From a virus, in IMG/VR virus record IMGVR_UViG_3300025168_000038, positions 1-64,000 of that record: DNA of 64,000 bases. One strand, written 5' to 3'. The notes below the pieces were generated by a model. The model saw only the letters and a list, made by a program, of their open reading frames with translations. It had not been told where the DNA came from and did no database searches. A program made the translations under genes and the position numbers. Below, piece after piece: positions 47,855 through 58,000 of this stretch (positions are counted from its first letter, which is position 1; every line of letters begins with the position of its first letter).

Positions 47855-49477
47855 TTATGGATAAATTATAATTTCTATTCCTGTTCTTTCTAATACACTA
47901 TCAGCTTGAGTTAAAGATGAAGTCTCATAGGTAAATATATTAAAGCTATTAGTAGTTGCTGATGTTATATTTGTTAATGAAGGTCCGTTCTTATAATTTC
48001 CTGTTGCAGCTGTCATATATACTTTATTTACATCAGCTAATGCAGATGACCATGTAGCTCTATAATTTCCTACTCCTACACGTACATAAGTTAATGTTTT
48101 ACCTGTTGTGTTTTCTAAAACTGTTTCTACTGGATTTCCATTTGTTGTCTGAGTTAACAGAGCTCTATAAACTGTAGAACCAACAGAACCTGCTGTTATA
48201 GAAGTAACATGTCCTTGTGCATTTGTTGTAATTGATGAAGGAGATGCATATGTTCCCGCTGTACCATAATCATTATGATTTATAGTTACTCTTTTCTGTT
48301 GAGCTTGACCAGTTGGTGTGAGCTCAGCACCAACAGTACCTAAGGCTGTACCTCCTACAATATTTAAATCTTCTTCATTTGTTACAGCACTGCTTCCTAC
48401 AAGTATATTATTAGCTCTAACTAAAAAACCATTATAAAAACCAGGCATAAGATAAATCTGTTGCTTTATAAGTTGATCACCTGCACTACTATCACTATAC
48501 ATTATATAGTCTACAGTTGCTGGAGTAACTGTAGGTCTTGACATTATTAAGTTATCTGTACCTAAAGCATTCACACCTATTGTTACTGTGTCAGCTGCAC
48601 TTACTCCTATTTTAAGACCACCTTCTGTTGATGATAAATTTGATTGTGTAAAAGTTACTGTATCATTATTAGCTATAGCCTGTGTTGTAGATCCATCTGT
48701 TATATTAAATGTATAACTACCTCCTCCACCTGATCCATTACTTGCTGCAGTCAATCTACCCTGTTGATCTACAGTAATGTTTGCATTGGTGTAAGATCCC
48801 GGTGTAACAGCGGTGTCATCTAAGTCAATTTCTAATGTACCATTTAGACCTGATGCAGCCATACTAGTTGTAATTCCTGTATCTCCACTAATCAATAAAC
48901 TAAATCCTGACCCTACACTTATGCTAGGGTTTAAACCACCATCTGATCTTACTACCCAATTATATGTATTAGTAATTGTTAGCTCATCAGCAGTTTGTCC
49001 AATAGTAATATTAGTTCCCTCAACTAATGTTCTAAAGTTAAGTGTCTCACCAACTTTATTTTTCCATACTTCTTTACCAGTTCCTACATTAGCTGCAAGA
49101 TTAGGTTCACCTGTTGTTGTAATTTCTATATAATCATCATCTGCAGAAGTAGCAAGAGTAAGGTTGCTGCTCATTGATTTAAGGGATCTATAAAATACAG
49201 TACACTTTTGTGTAGTTGGATCAACTACAGTTTTTTGATATACTTGCCCTGTACCAGCAGCTGGTATAGCTGGAGAATTTGCATGGTCACAATGTTCAGC
49301 AGCAACCTTAAAATCTCTTACCTTTATTACTTTTATGCTTTTATAAGGAATAGGAGAGGCAACACCAGTCATATCTGGTTCTTCATTCACACCTAAAACT
49401 AATACATCATCAAGACCTGCTGTCTTTGCATATACAGATCTTTTTATTAAACTTAATACATCAGTTAAAATGTTCAT
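47855..49477 (-). CDS. Tail fibre
   Basis: Shared N-terminus; LNFRTLVEG and GSYTNANITVDQQGRLTAA. Confidence 0.8.
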   Translation of the reverse strand: MNILTDVLSLIKRSVYAKTAGLDDVLVLGVNEEPDMTGVASPIPYKSIKVIKVRDFKVAAEHCDHANSPAIPAAGTGQVYQKTVVDPTTQKCTVFYRSLKSMSSNLTLATSADDDYIEITTTGEPNLAANVGTGKEVWKNKVGETLNFRTLVEGTNITIGQTADELTITNTYNWVVRSDGGLNPSISVGSGFSLLISGDTGITTSMAASGLNGTLEIDLDDTAVTPGSYTNANITVDQQGRLTAASNGSGGGGSYTFNITDGSTTQAIANNDTVTFTQSNLSSTEGGLKIGVSAADTVTIGVNALGTDNLIMSRPTVTPATVDYIMYSDSSAGDQLIKQQIYLMPGFYNGFLVRANNILVGSSAVTNEEDLNIVGGTALGTVGAELTPTGQAQQKRVTINHNDYGTAGTYASPSSITTNAQGHVTSITAGSVGSTVYRALLTQTTNGNPVETVLENTTGKTLTYVRVGVGNYRATWSSALADVNKVYMTAATGNYKNGPSLTNITSATTNSFNIFTYETSSLTQADSVLERTGIEIIIYP

Positions 49478-49481
49478 TGTT

Positions 49482-49583
49482 TTATTTTTTACTATCTTTG
49501 GTTTTACATAAGTGCTTTCTACAATAACCCATACAGATTTTTCCTCTTGAAAGCCATTGTATTAATAAACATAAGTTTCTCAT
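49482..49583 (-). CDS. 33-aa Cys-rich basic peptide (not in ORF track)
   Basis: MRNLCLLIQWLSRGKICMGYCRKHLCKTKDSKK; ATGA overlap with the upstream gene. Confidence 0.5.
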   Translation of the reverse strand: MRNLCLLIQWLSRGKICMGYCRKHLCKTKDSKK

Positions 49584-49714
49584 CTTCCTTGACCTCTATA
49601 TTTTTTTTTATAATTCTTACTACTTACTAAATTTGAGTTTTTAGACTTAGAGTGTACTCCTGGTCTTTTAGCTCTACTAGGTTTAGCATATGTATTGTGT
49701 AATATCCTAGACAT
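49580..49714 (-). CDS. 44-aa basic peptide (not in ORF track)
   Basis: MSRILHNTYAKPSRAKRPGVHSKSKNSNLVSSKNYKKKYRGQGR; TAATG coupling. Confidence 0.65.
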   Translation of the reverse strand: MSRILHNTYAKPSRAKRPGVHSKSKNSNLVSSKNYKKKYRGQGR

Positions 49715-49968
49715 TACTTTATTTCTTTTTTCTTTCTGCCTTTTCTAGCATTACCTTTTACTGCACCTGCAATATCACCCATTTGATTTCCTACTTCTTT
49801 AAGTGCTTTAGCAACATCTTGAATTTCAGATGCTGTCAAACCATATCTGTACTGTAAGTCAGAAGCTAACGCTCTTACTTTTTCATCTAAAGATGTTTTA
49901 GACCAAAGTTTTATCCAATAGTCTTGTGGGCTATATGTCCATAATATACTTACAAATTTTTTAAACAT
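49714..49968 (-). CDS. Hypothetical protein
   Basis: 84 aa, amphipathic with a basic tail. Confidence 0.6.
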   Translation of the reverse strand: MFKKFVSILWTYSPQDYWIKLWSKTSLDEKVRALASDLQYRYGLTASEIQDVAKALKEVGNQMGDIAGAVKGNARKGRKKKEIK

Positions 49969-49994
49969 AATAATTAATTTTAAACACTATATTA

Positions 49995-50010
49995 ATAATA
50001 TACAAAATTT
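49995..50010 (-). promoter_or_regulatory. Candidate late promoter (TATATTAT), second copy at 50070-50077
   Basis: Upstream of the fibre/holin operon. Confidence 0.45.
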
Positions 50011-50251
50011 GAAGCACTCAGTCAAATAATATATTATATTTGTTCTATAAGTGTAATTAGTGTATAATAATAATATACAAAATATATTACAATTATAAAA
50101 TCATTAAGTAAGTAAATGCAAAATATGAAAATATCATCTGTAAGGTTTTTTTGTCTTACCAATTTTTCTTAAATTATAATTACTCAATGGCTACATTTCT
50201 TACTCAGGAGGTGTGGCTTTTGTGTCCTTAACAATTAAATACATATAAAAT

Positions 50252-51229
50252 ATGAAAGACATCTTTAAACCCAGACTAAATATACTACCCTATCAATATC
50301 CACAATTATTAGAATACAAAGATGCAATAAGACATTCATATTGGATAGATACAGAATTTAATTTCACAGAAGACATACAAGACTTTAAAATCACTATAAC
50401 ACCTAAAGAAAAAGATGTTATTAAAAAAACAATGTTGGCCATTGCTCAGATAGAAGTTAATGTAAAAACTTTTTGGGGAGACTTATATAAGCGTATGCCT
50501 ATTACAGAAATAGGAGATGTAGGTTTTACTTTTGCAGAATCTGAAGTAAGACATAAAGATGCCTATGCTAGACTGTTGAGGATCTTAGGTTTAGAAAAAG
50601 AATTTGAAACTGTTGTTGAGGTACCAGCTATTAAAGGTAGAATTAAATACTTAAAAAAATATTTAGATGGTACAAGAAGTAGTGATGATAAAATGTATAC
50701 TAAGTCTGTCCTTCTATTCTCTTTGTTTATAGAGCATGTTAGTTTGTTTAGTCAGTTCTTAATCATGATGTCTTTTAACAAAGAGAAAAACCTTTTTAAA
50801 GGAATCTCTAACGTTGTTGAAGCCACCAGTAAAGAAGAAGAAATACATGGAAACTTTGGTGCAGAATTAATAAACATAATAAAAAAAGAAAACCCACATT
50901 GGTTTAACTCACAGTTCAGGCAGTTAATTTATTCTGCTTGTCACAAGGCTTATGAAGCAGAATGTAAAATATTAGACTGGATATTTGAAAAAGGTGAACT
51001 ATCTTTTCTTCCAAAAGAAACAATTGAAAACTTTATAAAGAATAGATTCAACAACTCACTACAAAAAATAGGAATGAAAACTATATTTGAAGTAGATGAA
51101 AACAAATTAAAACAAGTAGAATGGTTTGATATAGAGATAACAGCTACTAAAGAAGGAGATTTCTTCTATAAAAAAAGTGTAGACTACAATAAAAAAAGTA
51201 AAAGCATAACTGAAGATGATCTCTTCTAA
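50252..51229 (+). CDS. nrdB: Ribonucleotide reductase beta subunit (class Id/NrdBi-type signature)
   Basis: AQIEVNVK, ESEVRHKDAY, FIEHVSLFSQF, EEEIH and DFF. Confidence 0.93.
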   Translation: MKDIFKPRLNILPYQYPQLLEYKDAIRHSYWIDTEFNFTEDIQDFKITITPKEKDVIKKTMLAIAQIEVNVKTFWGDLYKRMPITEIGDVGFTFAESEVRHKDAYARLLRILGLEKEFETVVEVPAIKGRIKYLKKYLDGTRSSDDKMYTKSVLLFSLFIEHVSLFSQFLIMMSFNKEKNLFKGISNVVEATSKEEEIHGNFGAELINIIKKENPHWFNSQFRQLIYSACHKAYEAECKILDWIFEKGELSFLPKETIENFIKNRFNNSLQKIGMKTIFEVDENKLKQVEWFDIEITATKEGDFFYKKSVDYNKKSKSITEDDLF

Positions 51230-52865
51230 AAAAGCAAACATGGAATACAAAAAATATTACTGGCTTAATCAAGATAGCAGAACGTTTCTGTCTAGAGGTT
51301 ATATAACTGAAACACCAGAACAAAGAATAAAAGACATTGCTATTAAGGCAGAAAAATATTTAAACATCAAAGGCTTTGCTGAAAAGTTTGAAGACTATAT
51401 GGCACGTGGTTTTTACTCTTTATCTACTCCTGTATGGATTAACTTTGGTAAACAAAAAGGTTTGCCTATTAGTTGTTATGGTTCTAATATAGATGATAAC
51501 TTAGATAGTATACTAAACGCAGGCCGTGAAATAGGTATGATGTCTAAGTATGGCGGAGGGACAAGTGCTTTCTTAGGAAACATTAGACCAAGAGGTAGTG
51601 AGATATCTACAGGCGGTCATGCTGATGGTCCTATTCACTATGCTAGGATGTATGATACAGTAGTTGATGTATGTAAACAATCAGAAGCTAGACGTGGTGC
51701 ATGTGCAGTATATTTACCTGTAGAGCATCCAGATATTGCTGAGTTCCTAGACATAGGTACTGAAGGTAACCCTATACAAAACTTACAGTATGGTATTACT
51801 GTTACTGATGAATGGATGAAAGAAATGAAAGAAGGAGACAGAAAAAAACGTAAAGTTTGGGCTAAGATTATACAGCGTAGATCTGAGTTTGGATATCCTT
51901 ATATAATGTTTAAAGATAATAGTAATAATAATTCTCCATATAAAGAAATAGGACTTGAAATTACAGCATCAAATCTATGTTCAGAGATACAGCTGCCAAC
52001 AGATAGTTATAATTCTTTTGTGTGTTGTTTAGGATCTATAAATCTATTACACTGGGATGAGATCAAAGAGACTGATGCAGTACAAACTTATGTATACTTT
52101 TTAAATGCTGTTATGGATGAGTTCATTATCAAGTCAGAAACAATGCCCGGAATGAAAAGAGCATATAACTTTGCAGAAAAACACAGAGCAATTGGCTTAG
52201 GTGTATTAGGATACCATTCTTTATTTCAATCAAAGCTTATAGAGTTTGAATCACTAGAAGCTAAACAACTTAACTCAGAGATATTTAGAACAATAAAAGA
52301 TAGAAGTGAAATAGCCTCAAGAAAACTAAACTCTGAATATGGATATAGGTGTTTAAGAGAAGGTTATGCTAACACTACACTTATGGCTATTGCTCCTACT
52401 AAATCTAGCTCCTTTATACATGGTGCAGTCTCTATGGGTATAGAACCTATTAAGTCTAACTACTTTATTAAGGATCTTGCTAAGTCTAAAACAGTTTATA
52501 AAAATCCTTTTTTAGAGTGTGAGTTAGAAAAACATGGTATTAATAATGATAAGACATGGAAATCTATACTTAAAAAAGACGGAAGTGTACAACACTTAGA
52601 CTTTCCTACTAAGGCTGTGTTTAAATCATTTGTAGAGATAACACCAAAGGAACTTGTACTACAAGCAGCACAAAGACAAAAGTATATTGATCAATCACAA
52701 TCACTTAACTTAATGATAGACCCTTCTGTATCAGCTAAACAAATTAATCAGTTGTATTTGTATGCACATGAGGAAGGAGTAAAAACCTTATACTATCAGT
52801 TTAGTAAGAGTTCTGCACAGGACTTTGCAAGAAACATTTTAGAGTGTGGTAGCTGTGAGGGTTAG
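51216..52865 (+). CDS. nrdA: Ribonucleotide reductase alpha subunit without an ATP cone
   Basis: ISCY, GGGTS, SNLCSEI, CCLGS, AIAPTKSSS, KTLYY and C-terminal CGSCEG. Confidence 0.95.
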   Translation: MISSKKANMEYKKYYWLNQDSRTFLSRGYITETPEQRIKDIAIKAEKYLNIKGFAEKFEDYMARGFYSLSTPVWINFGKQKGLPISCYGSNIDDNLDSILNAGREIGMMSKYGGGTSAFLGNIRPRGSEISTGGHADGPIHYARMYDTVVDVCKQSEARRGACAVYLPVEHPDIAEFLDIGTEGNPIQNLQYGITVTDEWMKEMKEGDRKKRKVWAKIIQRRSEFGYPYIMFKDNSNNNSPYKEIGLEITASNLCSEIQLPTDSYNSFVCCLGSINLLHWDEIKETDAVQTYVYFLNAVMDEFIIKSETMPGMKRAYNFAEKHRAIGLGVLGYHSLFQSKLIEFESLEAKQLNSEIFRTIKDRSEIASRKLNSEYGYRCLREGYANTTLMAIAPTKSSSFIHGAVSMGIEPIKSNYFIKDLAKSKTVYKNPFLECELEKHGINNDKTWKSILKKDGSVQHLDFPTKAVFKSFVEITPKELVLQAAQRQKYIDQSQSLNLMIDPSVSAKQINQLYLYAHEEGVKTLYYQFSKSSAQDFARNILECGSCEG

Positions 52866-52969
52866 TCTTTAATAAAAACTACAATATCACAACCATGACA
52901 AAAGTAATATTTGTCATCACCTGCACCAGAATAATAAGTCATTGCTGAATTGCATTTTTTACATCTCAT
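52862..52969 (-). CDS. 35-aa Zn-ribbon peptide (not in ORF track)
   Basis: MRCKKCNSAMTYYSGAGDDKYYFCHGCDIVVFIKD. Confidence 0.55.
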   Translation of the reverse strand: MRCKKCNSAMTYYSGAGDDKYYFCHGCDIVVFIKD

Positions 52970-53058
52970 GTTTATTTTTGTTTTAAGTCATCTATTAATA
53001 GTTGACAAACTGTAAAAATAATAAATATATAAAATACTAAAAGTGTATACTTTTCCAC

Positions 53059-53478
53059 TTAGTAACTTGCTTCACGCCTAACTACTTCTATAGCTCTGAC
53101 CATTTTGTTATAGTCTACAGGGCATAATAGATCAAGCTTAGCTCTTGCTGTAAATTTAATGTATGCATCACCCTTTAAATATAATAGTAGGGTTGGTGCC
53201 ATTCTAATTCTAAGTTCTTTTTTTAATTTTGGTGATGTTGCAATATCACATCTATAATATGTGACTCCTTCAAGTTTGTTAATTTTTTCCCAGTCTTGAA
53301 ACGCATTATCTTTATTAAACTCTGCCCAGAATTCTACTACAATTACATCATCTTCTTCATTTTCATCAAAAGCTGATCCTGCTGTAACTTTTTCTTCAAA
53401 GTTTTTATCTGTTATCCATTCCTGAGACAGTACAGTTGTTGTTGTTAAAAGCAATAATACTGTAAGGAGATACTTCAT
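53059..53478 (-). CDS. Exported thioredoxin-fold protein lacking CxxC
   Basis: Signal peptide; ITDKNFEEKV, VVEFWAEFN in place of WCxxC, and IRMAPTLLLY (cis-Pro). Confidence 0.75.
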   Translation of the reverse strand: MKYLLTVLLLLTTTTVLSQEWITDKNFEEKVTAGSAFDENEEDDVIVVEFWAEFNKDNAFQDWEKINKLEGVTYYRCDIATSPKLKKELRIRMAPTLLLYLKGDAYIKFTARAKLDLLCPVDYNKMVRAIEVVRREASY

Positions 53479-53479
53479 T

Positions 53480-53770
53480 TTAATTCTTTTTAGTTAACTC
53501 GTAGATTCTCTCTTCCATTTTGTCAAACTTTTCTAATAAAGCTTCTACATCTTCTTGAGTATCCATAATGGTTTGTCTAATAAGCTCATCTTTTAAATCA
53601 TACTCTACTCTTTCTATTGGAGGTTTTGGATTCTCCATTGCCGTAGCTATGTCTGCTTTTAATGTAAACCACATTGTAGAAAGTGAGATTGTAAAGCCCA
53701 CAACCATACCAATTGTTTTTAAATCTAAAGTTATTTTTGTTTTTTCTCCTATTTCTGGTACTCCTGCCAT
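53480..53770 (-). CDS. Single-pass membrane protein with a C-terminal coiled coil
   Basis: TIGMVVGFTISLSTMWFTL followed by a heptad-like helix. Confidence 0.7.
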   Translation of the reverse strand: MAGVPEIGEKTKITLDLKTIGMVVGFTISLSTMWFTLKADIATAMENPKPPIERVEYDLKDELIRQTIMDTQEDVEALLEKFDKMEERIYELTKKN

Positions 53771-53782
53771 TGTTTTATTTTT

Positions 53783-54985
53783 TTACTTGAATGTATAATT
53801 TAATCCTAATGTTGTTTGAAACAGCTCACTGTCCCACATCTTAGAGTATTCTCCTTCCATAAATAACCCTATATTTTTATTTATCTTCCAGCCTAAGTTA
53901 GCACCAAAAGAATAGTCTGCCCATTGTTCTGGGTCATTATCCTCTATCAATCCTCCCTTACCCCAATTATTTCTGTTTAAATAAGAAACAACCTCATCAC
54001 CTTTTAAGTAGTTATGGTAAGGTAATATATAGTTAGCATATGCATGCAACCAAAAGTTTCTTTTATAATGATAAAAGTCCATCCCTACTATTGGTGCTAT
54101 CTCACCAAATGCAGGCACCTCTTCTAACATTTCTCTATTATAACGGTTCATTAAATCTGTAAATACAGTTTCTCTAAAATCAATATCAGAATAAGCTACA
54201 ATAGTTCCATCTTGATCTCTCCATATCCAGTCTTGCATTTGTTGACCTGTTTCAGCATCTGTGTATGTAGTAAGATGATCAGTATAACCATATTCAAACC
54301 CTAATGTATACCAATAGTTAACTGGATATTCTTGACCGTTAATTATTTGTGTTTCATTTAACCAGATTTCAATAGGGTTATAACCATATGCACGGCTATG
54401 AGTTCTATAAATTGCACCTGCAGAGATACTAAACTTTTCTCCTAAAGGCAACCTTAATCTTGCTTCTGCTGATTCATAGGCTAGATTTATCTTTCCTACC
54501 TCTCTTGACTCAACTTTAAAGATGTGATGGTCTCCTGTATGCTTTATGAAGAATCTGTGATTTCTAAACATCTCACCTCTCCAACGTTCTTTCTCCCAAT
54601 GTAATTGATATTCTAAGCCTTTTAATGCAGAACTTGGAGCACTAAACGCTAACTGTTCTTCTGTACCATCATAAAAGTTTCTTGGTTTTCTCTCGTAACT
54701 AAACCTTGCTAGCTTTCTAATACCAAAACCAATTCTATAATCATATGGATAGTCAGGTGTATTGTCTACTACAACAGGTATATCATACAGACCATTGCCA
54801 TCTCCTGTTCTTACAAAATAGGTTGACACATCTTCTTCTATAGAGTTGTTTATATCAACAGCTCCGTATACAGTACCATATTTAATAAAATCTTTATATA
54901 GGGATTTAAAAAATGGTGAACCATCTTGAGCAGAAGCACCATTCATAACCAATATACACACTAATAAACTTACATATCTTTTCAT
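53783..54985 (-). CDS. Putative outer-membrane beta-barrel protein
   Basis: Signal peptide ending ASA-Q; alternating aromatic strands; C-terminus QTTLGLNYTFK. Confidence 0.7.
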   Translation of the reverse strand: MKRYVSLLVCILVMNGASAQDGSPFFKSLYKDFIKYGTVYGAVDINNSIEEDVSTYFVRTGDGNGLYDIPVVVDNTPDYPYDYRIGFGIRKLARFSYERKPRNFYDGTEEQLAFSAPSSALKGLEYQLHWEKERWRGEMFRNHRFFIKHTGDHHIFKVESREVGKINLAYESAEARLRLPLGEKFSISAGAIYRTHSRAYGYNPIEIWLNETQIINGQEYPVNYWYTLGFEYGYTDHLTTYTDAETGQQMQDWIWRDQDGTIVAYSDIDFRETVFTDLMNRYNREMLEEVPAFGEIAPIVGMDFYHYKRNFWLHAYANYILPYHNYLKGDEVVSYLNRNNWGKGGLIEDNDPEQWADYSFGANLGWKINKNIGLFMEGEYSKMWDSELFQTTLGLNYTFK

Positions 54986-55023
54986 ATTGTAGTTTTGTTA
55001 TGTTAATACTATTGGTTTATATA

Positions 55024-55040
55024 ATAATATAAGAACTTTT
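55024..55040 (-). promoter_or_regulatory. Candidate late promoter (TATATTAT)
   Basis: Upstream of the beta-barrel cassette. Confidence 0.45.
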
Positions 55041-55078
55041 TATGAATCTAAGAAGAACTTAACCTGAAAATTTGGCAT

Positions 55079-58000
55079 TTAATTACCAATATACCAACTG
55101 TCAAGTTTCTCAAAAGATTCCCACTTTTGTATGCTTGATAGAATTGGTGCTGCGTCAGCCAAGTTTTTCCAGAACTTTAAGTCTCCTTTTCTTGGTTTAT
55201 TTTGATACACAAGATCACTATCCTCTCTAAACTCTGGGCTATCAAAACCATAATATGATCCATATGCTAAAGTACCTAGACCTACAGAAAAGGCTTCTGC
55301 TAACTCACCAAGAGTTCTTGTAGAAGCAATTGGACTACCAATCATAGCAAAGAGTTCTTGTACACCATCAGGTGATATTGGAACAAACATTACCATTTCT
55401 TTATATGTTCTTTGTGTTTGATATTTTGCAAAGTTCTTTATTTTCTTAACCCATAGCGGCTCATCACCTTCATCATCATCCCATGCATTTTCTAATAGTG
55501 ACATCATCATCATGCTTAATATAATCATAGATGCTTCACCAACAGTTCTATTTATATTACCAACTTTGTTTTGTACTAAAGCTTCCATATCTGAAGCACT
55601 TATTTCCCCACCACTATCTGTTTGATTGTTTTCTCTGACAGAGTTTTTATATTCTGATACTACCTCACTCATTTTTACTTTTCCTGTTGCCACTTGTTTA
55701 AGTGAATATCTAAGAAACTGTAAAGATGATCTATATCTTCCTTCCATCCAACCTAAATTCTGATCATAGTACTGTTGTTGAAATCTAGCTCTCATTGCTG
55801 GTGGAAACCACTTATGAAACTGAAATAGTACTACACCCAACCAATGATTCTGTGCAACCGTTCTATCTATTCTAGCATAGTTACCATGTGTCTGTTTGTT
55901 TACTTCTCTTATTTCATTTCTTATATCAGCAAAGGCTTTAGTAGATTGAGTCAGAGGCCCTCCTATTTCAACTTCTATTCCTGTTACTTTATTAGGAACA
56001 TACTTAATCCACTTTTTATCATATGTAATCTCTTTCTTAACAGGATCCCATTGTGCAGCATCATACATACTAGCACTTGTGCCATCCTTTGCTATAAGCT
56101 GAGTATCAAATAATACAGCAGATCCAATTTTAGTTTGTACAGCATATTCAAATCCATCCTGTAATGTATAACCTATAGCTTTAAATCTTTCCCAAATAGT
56201 TTTTTGTCCAGATGATTCTCTACCAGATTCTCTTATATCTTGACTGTCATCCATCATTCTCCAGAACTCATTTACACCTTCATATTTATTTGTAGGTTTA
56301 TTTGGATCATATGAACGTCCTGCAAAGTTTGTTGCACCTATAGTAGATACATCCACAACCTCTGGAATACCATACATTGCTGTTCTTTTAATAATTCCAG
56401 CCATTCCTTCTGTATTAAACTCTTTTTCTGCCCGCAAGTATGCTTTTCTTGAAAAGAATCTACCACCTATACCTTCTATTGTATTATTGACTTGACCTAA
56501 TACAAAGTTATTTATGTTACCAAAAGGGTTAAAGGCTACATAAGCTAAGGATGAAACTGAAACTAACACCTCAACAAATCTGTCAACAAAACCTTTACTA
56601 TCTTTAGCATTATTATATAATACCATCTTTTGCCACATTCGTGCTCTACGTACTACATTCTTTTGAAGTCCTTCATTACCAGCTTCACCTTTAATATTCC
56701 ATTTTTCTGGTGTAACTTTATCTAACATTCCTGTAACTAAATTTCCTCCTGATTCAATGTATGATCTTTTTTCTAATACTTTTATTAATGCATTAATTGT
56801 ATCTTCTACAGCACCCATAGTCTCAAAATGTTCAGCCATTCTATTAAACTGTAATAAACTATCTGTTAAATCAGTGCTTACCTCACCTATAGTAGGCTGG
56901 CTTCTTTGTTTTTGTACTAAGCCTTCTAATATATTTCTTTGTTTATTATATTCTTTTAGTTTTATCTTTTTGTTTTTATAATCCTCTTTGAGCTGTGTAA
57001 TTTTATTTTCTAACTGAGTAAGTCTTTCTTCTACTCTAGGGTTACCAGTAAAAAATATAGGCATGCTATCCACTCTTTCTCCTAATTCATTAACAACAAC
57101 AGTTTTCTGTTCTGTAGTAGATGTAAATAAATTTTTCATACTTCTACTTGACTTAGCCCACATTCTGGTAAAGAATCCTCCATAAGCGTTTTTCTTTAAG
57201 TCATCTGCAATATTACTTTTTACCAACGGTATACTACCTAACATCTTTTGTCTTGTCTGTGGGGGTAATTTACTAAGCATCTCTCCTTCATACAACTCTA
57301 TAAACATATCATAGTATTCTCTACGTGCTACAGCTAATGCATCATTAACCTTAGGATCCATTATATCTATGTACTTTTGACTTCGCATATCTTCTGGCTT
57401 ACCTGTTTTTGGATCTATAGGTCTAGCTATTAGTCTAGGTTCAATGTAATCTTGCTTTACAGATGGATAAGTTTCATCACGTTTAATTTGACCTGTAGGC
57501 TCACCTGCCTTTTTAAAAGCTTTTACATAATCTGTAGTTCTATAATACTTAGCTCTATATTTAGTGTAGTCATTTTTTGATACACCACTACGCTTTTCCC
57601 AACTAAAAGACCTAGAGTTCCACTCTTCATAAACATTACGCACATCTTTAAACTCTTGTGTATATCTATGATAGTCACCATCTATTGGTTGTTTCTGATC
57701 ATTGATTATTTCAGCTCTCATAAACTGATTCACATTAGTCTTTAATCTAGATAGTTTTTTATTCCATTCTATATCTTTTCTACCTTGAGCTGTCTTTTTT
57801 GCTTCTTCAAGATTTGTAACATCTGCATATTGAAAAGGTACACCCGCTTCATCTTGTGTTGCAGCAAACAAATCTCTACGTCTTTCACGGAATTTTAAAC
57901 TTAATGGTTGTACATATGCATCAGGTTTTAGCTGACCGTTCTCATCAAAATTTAACATGAAATCATAGAGCCTATTTTTAGATACACCAGGTTGAAGTAA

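Noticed and set aside
46013-49396. Plus-strand ORFs of 60-155 aa in the fibre/holin region
   Set aside because: Antisense shadows of minus-strand genes
53059-53478. Thioredoxin as the RNR electron donor
   Set aside because: No CxxC, has a signal peptide, and lies on the opposite strand in a different operon
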